Assembly: GCA_031261565.1 (NCBI GenBank)
Contig: JAISJK010000068.1
Span: 1-61,086, forward strand
Origin: Candidatus Adiutrix sp.
GTDB taxonomy: Bacteria > Desulfobacterota > Desulfarculia > Adiutricales > Adiutricaceae
Reading direction: 5' to 3'
Length of the DNA: 61,086 bases
Part shown: piece by piece, positions 9,167-17,600 of the stretch
How the letters are laid out: every line of letters starts with the position of its first letter
Position numbering within the stretch: position 1 is the stretch's first letter
Position numbers and translations under genes: made by a program
Notes under the pieces: model-generated
What the model saw: only the letters and a program-made list of their open reading frames with translations
What the model was told of the DNA's origin: nothing
Database searches by the model: none

Positions 9167-10312
9167 TTAGAGAGCGTTCTTGTAGATGCCAATGATTTCT
9201 TCCAGTTTGGCCGTCCTGGGGTTGGTTAAGGCGCAGACGTCCTTCTGGGCGTTTTCGGCCATTATTTGGAGGTCGGATTCTTTGACGCCCAAAACGGTCA
9301 GGTTGGCCGGGATGGCGACATCAGCGGACAGGGTCTTGATGGCTTCGATGCCGGCAATGGCCGCATCGCGGGCCGACAGACAGCAGGTCTTGACGCCCAG
9401 GTGCTCGGCTATGGTGGCGAAACGCTCAATAGCCGCGTTGAGGTTGAAGGTGCAGACATGGGGCAGCAGGATGGCGTTGCAGACGCCGTGAGGCAGGTTC
9501 AAGAAACTGCCCGGTTGGTGAGCCATGGCGTGGACATAACCCAGGCCGACGCTGTTGAAGGCCATACCAGCCAGGAACTGGGCATAGGCCATCTGCTCAC
9601 GGGCTTCGATGTCGGTGCCGCGGGCCACGGCCTTGCGCAGATACTTGGCGATCAGGTCGATGGACATCAGGGCGCAGGCGTCGGTGATCGGGTTGGCGGC
9701 GATGGAGACATAGGCTTCCACCGCGTGGGTCAGAGCATCCATACCCGTGGCGGCGGTCAGGGCCGGGGGCATGCCGATCATCAGGTCAGGGTCGTTGATG
9801 GAGAAATTGGGGGTCACCCGCCAGTCAGCCATGACCATCTTCACATGGATTTCCGTGTTGGTGATGACGGCGAAACGGGTCATTTCCGAGGCCGTGCCGG
9901 CGGTGGTGTTGATGGCCACAAAGGGGGGCATGGGCTTGGAGAGCTGGTCGATACCGGCGTAGTCACGGATGTTGCCGCCGTTACCAACCAGGATGCCGAT
10001 GCCCTTGGCACAGTCATGGGAACTGCCGCCGCCCAGGGAGACGATGGAGTCGGTGCCGCTTTTCTGGAAAACGGCCAGGCCGTCAACGACATTTTTGTCG
10101 GTCGGGTTGGGAACGGTTTCATCATAGACAACGACATCAAGGCCGGCGGCTTTAATGTAGCCGACCACCTGGTCAGTCACGCCAATGGCGGTGATGCCCT
10201 TATCGGTGACCAGAAGGGGCTTTTTAGCGCCCAGGCTTTTCAGCTTGTCGCCGACCTGCTTAACGGCGCCGCTACCAATAGTGTTCACTGGGGGAATAAA
10301 AAAATCTGACAT
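9167..10312 (-). CDS. iron-containing alcohol dehydrogenase, copy 1 (divergent)
   Basis: GGGSSHD, TTAGTASE, GMDALTHAVEAY, HAMAH and PHG motifs. Confidence 0.93.
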   Translation of the reverse strand: MSDFFIPPVNTIGSGAVKQVGDKLKSLGAKKPLLVTDKGITAIGVTDQVVGYIKAAGLDVVVYDETVPNPTDKNVVDGLAVFQKSGTDSIVSLGGGSSHDCAKGIGILVGNGGNIRDYAGIDQLSKPMPPFVAINTTAGTASEMTRFAVITNTEIHVKMVMADWRVTPNFSINDPDLMIGMPPALTAATGMDALTHAVEAYVSIAANPITDACALMSIDLIAKYLRKAVARGTDIEAREQMAYAQFLAGMAFNSVGLGYVHAMAHQPGSFLNLPHGVCNAILLPHVCTFNLNAAIERFATIAEHLGVKTCCLSARDAAIAGIEAIKTLSADVAIPANLTVLGVKESDLQIMAENAQKDVCALTNPRTAKLEEIIGIYKNAL

Positions 10313-10345
10313 GAAGAACCTCCATCCTTAAAATTGGATCTCAAA

Positions 10346-10377
10346 GAGTTGTGGAGTTGTGGAGTTGTGGAGTTGTG
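10346..10377. repeat. (GAGTTGTG)4 tandem repeat in the 5' UTR of adh copy 1
   Basis: Four perfect 8-mers; the paralogous UTR has one copy near 11692-11699. Confidence 0.9.
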
Positions 10378-10416
10378 ATTATTCGCCGCCAGAGCAAACT
10401 AACGGTACCTACTAAG

Positions 10417-10497
10417 AAAAAGCCGGCCAGGGAACTTGAAAGTTGACCTGACCGGCTTTTAAAAGCGTCATCCCGCCCGGAGGGCGGCGGGATGACG
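10417..10497 (-). terminator. double hairpin plus intrinsic terminator between the two adh copies
   Basis: Stems AAAAGCCGG...CCGGCTTTT (10417-10460) and CGTCATCCC...GGGATGACG (10466-10497). Confidence 0.7.
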
Positions 10498-10512
10498 GCG
10501 TTTGGCTGATGA

Positions 10513-11658
10513 TTACAGAGCGTTCTTGAAGACGCCAATGATTTCTTCCAGTTTGGCCGTCCTGGGGTTGGTGAAGGAGCAGGCGTCCTTCTGGGCGTTT
10601 TCGGCCATGATTTTGAGGTCGGCTTCTTTGACGCCCAAAACGGTCAGGTTGGCCGGGATGCCGACGTCAGCGGACAGGGTCTTGATGGCTTCGATGCCGG
10701 CGATGGCCGCATCGCGGGCCGACAGACCACAGGTCTTGACGCCCAGGTGCTCGGCCATGGTGGCGAAGCGCTCAATGGACGCGTTGAGGTTGAAGGTGCA
10801 GACATGGGGCAGCAGGATGGCGTTGCAGACGCCGTGAGGCAGGTTGTAGAAACCGCCCAGCTGGTGAGCCATGGCGTGGACATAACCCAGGGAGGCGTTG
10901 TTGAAGGCCATACCAGCCAGGAACTGGGCATAGGCCATCTGCTCACGGGCTACGGTGTCGGTGCCGCGGGCCACGGCCTTGCGCAGATATTTGGCGATCA
11001 GGTCGAAGGCCATCAGGGCGCAGGCGTCGGTGATCGGGGTGGCGGCGATGGAGACATAGGCTTCCACAGCGTGGGTCAGAGCATCCATACCCGTGGCGGC
11101 GGTCAGGGCCGGGGGCTTGCCGATCATCAGGTCAGGGTCGTTGATGGAGAAATTGGGGGTCACCCGCCAGTCAACGATGGCCATCTTCACATGGGTTTCC
11201 GTGTTGGTGATGATGCAGAAACGGGTCATTTCCGAGGCCGTGCCGGCGGTGGTGTTGATGGCCACAAACGGAGGCATGGGCTTAGCGGACTTGTCAATAC
11301 CGGCGTAGTCGCGGATGTTGCCGCCATTGCCGGCCAGGATGCCGATGCCCTTGGCACAGTCATGGGAGCTGCCGCCGCCCAGGGACACGATGGAGTCGGC
11401 GCCGTTTTTCTGGAAAGCGGCCAAGCCGTCGGCGACGTTTTTGTCGGTCGGGTTGGGAACCGTTTCATCATAGACAACGACATCTAGGCCGGCGGCTTTA
11501 ATGTAGCCGACCACCTGGTCGGTCACGCCGATGGCGGTGATGCCCTTATCGGTGACCAGAAGGGGCTTTTTAGCGCCCAGGCTTTTCAGCTTGTCGCCGA
11601 CCTGCTTAACAGTGCCGCTACCAACAGTGTTCACTGGGGGAATAAAGAAATCTGACAT
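10513..11658 (-). CDS. iron-containing alcohol dehydrogenase, copy 2 (consensus DhaT/YiaY-like)
   Basis: Same motifs as copy 1, with the consensus MAFNNASLGYVHAMAHQLGGFYNLPHG. Confidence 0.93.
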   Translation of the reverse strand: MSDFFIPPVNTVGSGTVKQVGDKLKSLGAKKPLLVTDKGITAIGVTDQVVGYIKAAGLDVVVYDETVPNPTDKNVADGLAAFQKNGADSIVSLGGGSSHDCAKGIGILAGNGGNIRDYAGIDKSAKPMPPFVAINTTAGTASEMTRFCIITNTETHVKMAIVDWRVTPNFSINDPDLMIGKPPALTAATGMDALTHAVEAYVSIAATPITDACALMAFDLIAKYLRKAVARGTDTVAREQMAYAQFLAGMAFNNASLGYVHAMAHQLGGFYNLPHGVCNAILLPHVCTFNLNASIERFATMAEHLGVKTCGLSARDAAIAGIEAIKTLSADVGIPANLTVLGVKEADLKIMAENAQKDACSFTNPRTAKLEEIIGVFKNAL

Positions 11659-11855
11659 GAAGAACCTCCATCCTTAAAATTGGGTCTCAAAGAGTTGTGA
11701 TATTCGCCGCCAGACCAAGCTAACGGCAGCCCTAGTAACTTGCGGACGGTGAATCACCGTAACCGCATCTCAGCCAATTTCCGCCCCGAAGCCTAAAGCT
11801 CCCGGGCCAGACTCGACTATCTTTATTAGCAAACCGACTTTATTAATGTGATCTA

Positions 11856-11884
11856 TTTATACTCTCCCGGAAACGTTTTGTCAA
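11856..11884 (-). promoter_or_regulatory. sigma70 promoter of the adh pair
   Basis: TTGACA (11884-11879), N17, TATAAA (11861-11856); implies a leader of about 190 nt. Confidence 0.7.
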
Positions 11885-11893
11885 CAAAATTTT

Positions 11894-13597
11894 TTATATC
11901 AAAATGGATCGGCCACCCTCCAGCAGCTGCCCGGCCAGAGCCAGGGCCTCGGGGCTGGGCGAAGCCCCGCTCAGCATCCGGGCCAGCTCCTCCACCCGGC
12001 CGGACTCCTCCAGGGGCGTGATGGTGGTGACGGTGCGGTCACTTTCGGGCAGCTGGGTCTTGGCCACCACGAAATGGCGGCCGGCCAGGGCGGCCATCTG
12101 GGGCAGGTGGGTGATGACGATCAATTGCTGGCGGGCGGCCAGGCGGGACATTTTAGCGGCCACGGCCTCGGCGGTGGCCCCGCCCAGGCCGGCATCAATT
12201 TCGTCAAAGACCAGGAGCTGGTCGCCGGGCCGATCCAGAGCCGTTTTTAAAGCGAGCATGACCCGGGACAACTCCCCTCCGGAGGCTATCCTGGCCAGCG
12301 GCTTCAAGCCTTCGCCCGGGTTGGGGCTGAAAAGCAGCTCCACCCGGTCATAACCGCCGGCCCCCAGCCGCCGGGCCGCCTCTTCCGGCGAGCCTTCGGC
12401 CGGGCCCTCCACCCGCACCTGGATTTCCATTTTGGGGAACCCCAGCGGTTTCAGGCTCTCGGTTAAAAGGCCGGCCAGGGACTGGCCGGCCTCGAGGCGG
12501 GCTTGATGGAGCCTGGCCGCCAGGGCCAGGGCCGCCTCCCGGGCCTGAGCCTGCTCCTTCCTCAGCCGGGCCAGATCCAGCCCGGCTCCGTCAATCTCAT
12601 CCAGCAGCTCGGCCAGCCGCCGGCCGTGGGCGATGATATCGGCCAGGGGCAGATTATATTTGCGCTTTAATTTGGCCAGGGTATTCAGCCGCTCATCGAC
12701 CCAATCCAGGCGGTCGGGGTCGGTGTTTAAATCCTGATCCCGCCTTTCCAGCTCCACGGCCAGATCGGCCAGCCGGTGATAACAGTCCAGGGTCGTGGCC
12801 AGAGTTTCCGCCAAACCGGGCTCCAGAGCGGCGGCCGTTTCCAGAAGCCGGCGGATCCGGCCGAGTTTTTCCACCACATTGCCCGGCTCGCCGCCTAAAA
12901 GCTCAGCGGCCGAGGCCAGGCTCTCCCGGAGGCGCCCGTAATTTTTAATCCGGTTTTTTTCAGCCAGGAGCTCATCGTCCTCGCCAGCCTGGGGAGCGAT
13001 ATTTTTTATTTCATCGCGTTGAAACTCATATAAATCCCGCTTTTCAGCGGCCTGGCCCAGGCGGTCAGTCAAAGTTTTCAGCTCCGCCGCAGCCTGAACC
13101 AGATGGCGCCAGGCCAGGCTCATTTCCGCCAGCAGGGGCCGGTGGCGGCCAAAGCGATCCAGGTATTCCAGTTGACTGGCCGGGCGGAGCAGCGACTGCT
13201 GCTCGTGCTGGCCGGAGATGGAGAGCAGCTCTTCCGCCAGAGCGGCCAACTGGGCCAGGGGCGCCGGCGAGCCGTTGATATAGGCCCGGCTGCGCCCGGC
13301 GGCGGTCACCACCCGGCGCAGAATAATCTCCCCGGCCGGGGGCAGACCCAGGCTTTCAAAGGCGGGGATAAAATCATCAGGATTGCAGAGCTCAAAAAAA
13401 GCCGAGACCTCGGCCTCTTCGGCCCCGGCCCGCACCAGGTCGGCCGCCCCCCGGCGGCCCATCAGCAGCCCCAGGGCGCCCACCAGGATACTTTTGCCCG
13501 CCCCGGTCTCCCCGGTCAGGAGATTGACTCCCGGCCCGAAAGCAATGACCAGGGTCTCAATCAGGGCCAGATTTCTGACTGACAGTTCGGTCAGCAC
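11894..13597 (-). CDS. recN: DNA repair protein RecN
   Basis: LTGETGAGKS Walker A, GQHEQQ Q-loop, ASGGELSR signature and VFDEID Walker B. Confidence 0.95.
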   Translation of the reverse strand: MLTELSVRNLALIETLVIAFGPGVNLLTGETGAGKSILVGALGLLMGRRGAADLVRAGAEEAEVSAFFELCNPDDFIPAFESLGLPPAGEIILRRVVTAAGRSRAYINGSPAPLAQLAALAEELLSISGQHEQQSLLRPASQLEYLDRFGRHRPLLAEMSLAWRHLVQAAAELKTLTDRLGQAAEKRDLYEFQRDEIKNIAPQAGEDDELLAEKNRIKNYGRLRESLASAAELLGGEPGNVVEKLGRIRRLLETAAALEPGLAETLATTLDCYHRLADLAVELERRDQDLNTDPDRLDWVDERLNTLAKLKRKYNLPLADIIAHGRRLAELLDEIDGAGLDLARLRKEQAQAREAALALAARLHQARLEAGQSLAGLLTESLKPLGFPKMEIQVRVEGPAEGSPEEAARRLGAGGYDRVELLFSPNPGEGLKPLARIASGGELSRVMLALKTALDRPGDQLLVFDEIDAGLGGATAEAVAAKMSRLAARQQLIVITHLPQMAALAGRHFVVAKTQLPESDRTVTTITPLEESGRVEELARMLSGASPSPEALALAGQLLEGGRSILI

Positions 13598-14641
13598 CTA
13601 ACAGGCCGTCAACTTGAGGCGCTCCGCCACCTCGGTGATCATTTTAGTGGCGGCTGAAGCCAGGTCGGGCGACAGGGAGCTCAGGCCGCAGGCAGAGGTA
13701 ATAAGGGCCCGGCCGGCCAAAAGCTCCCGGGGCAGGCCTTTGCGCTCCAGCTCCCGCCAGCCGGTTTCCAGCCGGTCGGCTAAAAAGCCGGCCGTCAAAT
13801 CCCGGTGATAGTCGTGGGCGGGCACTATTCCCCAGGCCACCAGGCCGCCTTTTTCCAGAAAGGCCTTTAATTGTTTTGGATAGAGGCTGAATTGCTCCAT
13901 CACGGCAAAGGCATCGAAGTTGACGATATCCACCCCGGTCTCCATGACCAGGGCCCAGTCGGTGTTGCCGCAGATATGGCAGCCGATGAGGGCCGGGCCA
14001 TCCTCCCGCACCACCTGGGCGGCGGCGGTCATGGCGCTGATAACCGTGTCGGCGGTCAGGCTGCAAAAGGCGGAGCCAAAACTGGCCAGCCCGGGCTCGT
14101 CAATAAAGACCACCGGGGTGCGGCCCAGCTTCCTGATCTGGCGGGCCTCCCAGGCGGCCTTGCCGCCCAGGCCCAGGGCCAGGGCCGGGAGCAGCTCCGG
14201 GTCATCGACCAAAGTATTCTGGCCGTCTTCCATGGCCACCATCTGGCCAAAGGTCAGGGGCCCGATGACCTGCACCTTTAAAAAATCAGGGCCATAGCCC
14301 GGGTCGCGGGCGGCCCGATCCAGAAAGGCGTCAAAGCCATGCCGGGCCTCCGGGGGCGGGGCCAGGAAATCGCGCTCGCCGGCCAAAAACCGGGTGTAAA
14401 AATCAGCCAGCTCGTTTTCCCGGTCCTGGCGCTTGCCCCAGACTTTCATCAGCTCCAGGTTCACCCTCAGGGCGGGCAGGCCGGCCAGAGCCCCGAGAAA
14501 CATATCTTCCCAGGGGCTGATTTTAACCAGTTGCGGATAGGCCGGGATATCCAGCCCCTCCATCACGGCCACCGCCCCGGTGGGATCCAGATGGGGCAGG
14601 GAGCCGATGGCCGTAGTGGCGAAGGGTTTGAGGTCAGTCAT
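13598..14641 (-). CDS. core (single-domain, MetE C-terminal-like) methionine synthase, MesB-like
   Basis: TTAIGSLPH, KVQVIGPLT, FIDEP, GCHICG, NFDA, AWGIVP and ITSACGL motifs; 347 aa with no N-terminal folate-binding barrel. Confidence 0.75.
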   Translation of the reverse strand: MTDLKPFATTAIGSLPHLDPTGAVAVMEGLDIPAYPQLVKISPWEDMFLGALAGLPALRVNLELMKVWGKRQDRENELADFYTRFLAGERDFLAPPPEARHGFDAFLDRAARDPGYGPDFLKVQVIGPLTFGQMVAMEDGQNTLVDDPELLPALALGLGGKAAWEARQIRKLGRTPVVFIDEPGLASFGSAFCSLTADTVISAMTAAAQVVREDGPALIGCHICGNTDWALVMETGVDIVNFDAFAVMEQFSLYPKQLKAFLEKGGLVAWGIVPAHDYHRDLTAGFLADRLETGWRELERKGLPRELLAGRALITSACGLSSLSPDLASAATKMITEVAERLKLTAC

Positions 14642-14654
14642 AAATTATATCACC

Positions 14655-17600
14655 TCAGGCGTCAAAAAGAGTCTTGCCGCTGTTTAGGGCTTTGTTAAAG
14701 GCCAGAACCAGGGCCATTTTTTTGCGGTAAACACCCTCAATAAATGAATCTTTTTCCGAGGAGGCCAGGGCTTCGTCGAGGTCGCAGAGAGGGGGGCGGC
14801 CGGCCTGCCAGGTGAGGGTGAAACTGCGGGTCAGATCCGCCAGGTCAGCGGCCCGGTTGTGGAGGGCGGAGGTGGCGCCCCGGCGGGTAAAATCAATCTG
14901 ATCCACCTCGGCCTCCTCCTGGGTCAGCGTCGCCAGCAGGGTGACCGGCAGTTTGAAGAGCCGGGCGGCGAAATAGATGTCGCCGGCCAGACGGCGGGCG
15001 GCCTGATGACGTCCCCGCCCGGACAGGTTGGCCCAGCTGGTTTTGAGATAGTCGGCCATGAAGGCGATGAAGCGCTCGGGCCCCAGGTTTTCCAGTTGGG
15101 GGAAGGGGGCCAGACGGCCGGCGTATTCGGGGATAATCATATTTTGCAGCGATTTTTTTTGTTCCAGGCCGGCCAGCAGTTGATCAACAGCCTGGGCAGG
15201 GCTGTCCCCGGCCAGGAAATCATAAAAGAGGCGCTCCCAAAAGCCGCCTTCAGCCGGTTTAAAATCGGCCGCGCTCTTCATCAGGGCCATTAATTTATCA
15301 GGGCTCAGCCTATCCGCCGGCCAGGCGGCCAGTTGCCGGCTCATTTTGGGGAAATGAGACTCCAAAAGGGCCAGCCCGCCCCGGGGGCCGGTGAAATCAG
15401 CCAGATGCACCGTGCTTTCCGGGGATCTGGCGGCCCGCAGAAGGCGCAGGAATTCGCCATTGGTCAACCCCTGGCCGGCGGCCAGGTCAGTGACCATTTG
15501 CGCCAGGCGGTTTTCCATGGCCGGGCGGCCGGCCAGGCGGGCCTCCGGCTCCAGCGTCTCCAGGCTCACCGGCCGGCCAATATAGGTGGAATCAAGGCGG
15601 AACAGCAGATGGGCCGGAGTTTCCCCCACCGCCGCCGGCGCCGGAGCAAAGGTTTCCGGCTGGGCGGCCAGGGCCGGATAAGAGCCGGCCATGACCAGGC
15701 CGCCAGCCAGGAGCAGGGTAAACAGACTGCGCCGGGCCACCTTCTTGACGCTTTCCAGGAGGCCCTTGCCCAGGGCAAAGCCGCCGCTGTGGCCGGCGTC
15801 ATCCTGATTCGGCTCGCCCAGGGCGGGCCGCTCTTCCAGGGCCAGATTCAGGGAAATATCAAGATCCGGCAGGGCCGGGATCTCAGCCGGCCGCTGGGCC
15901 GGGCTGAGCTGGGCCTGGGAGACCAGAGTCCAGTAAAGGAGGGCCAGCTTGCCCTGACGATCCTCCAGAGTCTTGATGGCGCCTTCCCGTTTTTTCAGCT
16001 CCAGGCTGAGGTCGTCCATCTGGCGGGCCTGAGACTCCAGCTTGTTTTTCAGGCTGCCCAGAGTGTCGCCGGCTTTGGTTCCCAAGTAATTCATAGCCGC
16101 CCAGGCCGCCTCCAGCCGCCCGTCATTTTCGGCCAGATCGCGGTCAGCCTGGGCCAATTCGGATTTGAGGGCGGTGATGTCCATGCCCCGCTCGGCCAGA
16201 GAGTCCTGCAACTGGTCGCGTTCCCGGGCCAGATCAAAGGCTTGCGACCTCACCTCGGTCAATTCCGCTTCCCGGGAAGACAGACTGTCTTCCAGCACTT
16301 GACGGGTGGAGCCGGCCTGGGCCAATTCCTCGGCCAGGGTGGAGCGCTCCTGGCGGGCCTGGGCCAGCTCGGCCACGCTCTGGACAAAGGAGCGGGCCAG
16401 GAAGGCCACCAGGGGCTGCAACTCCTCCAGGCGGGCTTTCAAGTTGTTCAGCCCGGCGGTTTCAGCGGTTTCAGCTGTTTCAGCTGTTTCCGGATCCTGG
16501 CCCAGCTCCGTCTGCAGAGACCGGCTTTCGCTCTTCAGGTAAGTGACCAGGATGGGATCCACCAGTGAAACTCCGGCGGCCTCATCTTCAACCCGAGCGG
16601 CCTCAAAAAAATGGGCCACCAGGGGTTCCAACTCGGCCAGGCGGGCCTTTTGGGCCTCTATCTCCTGCCCCTGGCGATCCAAAAGACCGCGCAGACTATC
16701 TTCGGTCTCTTCGGTCAGGCGGCTGTCCTCCAGGCGGCGGCGGTAACGCTGGCTCAAGACGCTCAGGGCCTGGCGCAGTTTCCGCCGGCGCTCGTCAAGG
16801 CGGGTGATCTGCCCCTGGAACTCCTGGCTCTGGGCGGTGATGGCCGCGTTGAGCTGACCGCTTTCCTCCCGGGCCTGGGTCACATATTCTATTTCGTGGC
16901 CGGCGGCCTGGAGGCGCAGGTTGGCCTCACGCACATCAGCTTCCAGCTTGAATTGCTCCATCAGCCGGCCGGAGGCGCTGCGGGCCCGTTTGAGCTGGGC
17001 TTCACTGCGCCACAGGGCCTCGCTCAGGATTTTGATGAACGGGGCCAGATCAGATTCCAGCCGGCCTTCCATCTGGGCCAGACGGCCGGTCAGACTGTCA
17101 TTTTGGGCCACCAGTTCCTTAAAGCGGAAATTCAGGCGGCTCGTTTCATCCTGCAGACCGGCCAGCCGCGCGGCCAGGCAGGTTTTTTCCAGCTCCAGAT
17201 CGGCCGAGCCGCTATCCAGGCGGCTGTTTTCGGTGGTCAGGGCGGCCAGTTGGCTGGCCAGGGCGGTTTTTTCCTCAGCCAGGGCCGTCAGGCGGGTTTG
17301 CAGGGCCTCCATTTCCGCCGTCTGCTCAGCAGTTCTGACGGTCAGGGCCTTATTCGCCTCGGTGAGCCCGCTCTTTTCGCGGCCGGCGGCTTCAAGCTGG
17401 GCCCTGGCCGCCTCCAACTGCTGGAAAATATCGTCGCGCTCCTGCTCCAAATCAGACAGTTTAAGGCGGGCGTGGCCCAGCTCGGCCCGCAATTCCTGGC
17501 GCACAGCCACCAGGCGCAGGAGGTTGCGGTTCTGCCGGGTGAGCCGGAGGGACAGGGCGTCGCGCTCGGTCTCAGCCCGGGTCAGGCCCCTTTCCCGGCG

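Larger units (their letters stand above)
9071..11726. repeat. tandem duplication of about 1.3 kb (adh with UTRs and terminator)
   Basis: 9071-10405 and 10417-11726 are near-identical, including non-coding flanks. Confidence 0.9.

Noticed and set aside
10346-10377. CRISPR array
   Set aside because: Contiguous 8-mers with no spacers, and no cas genes.
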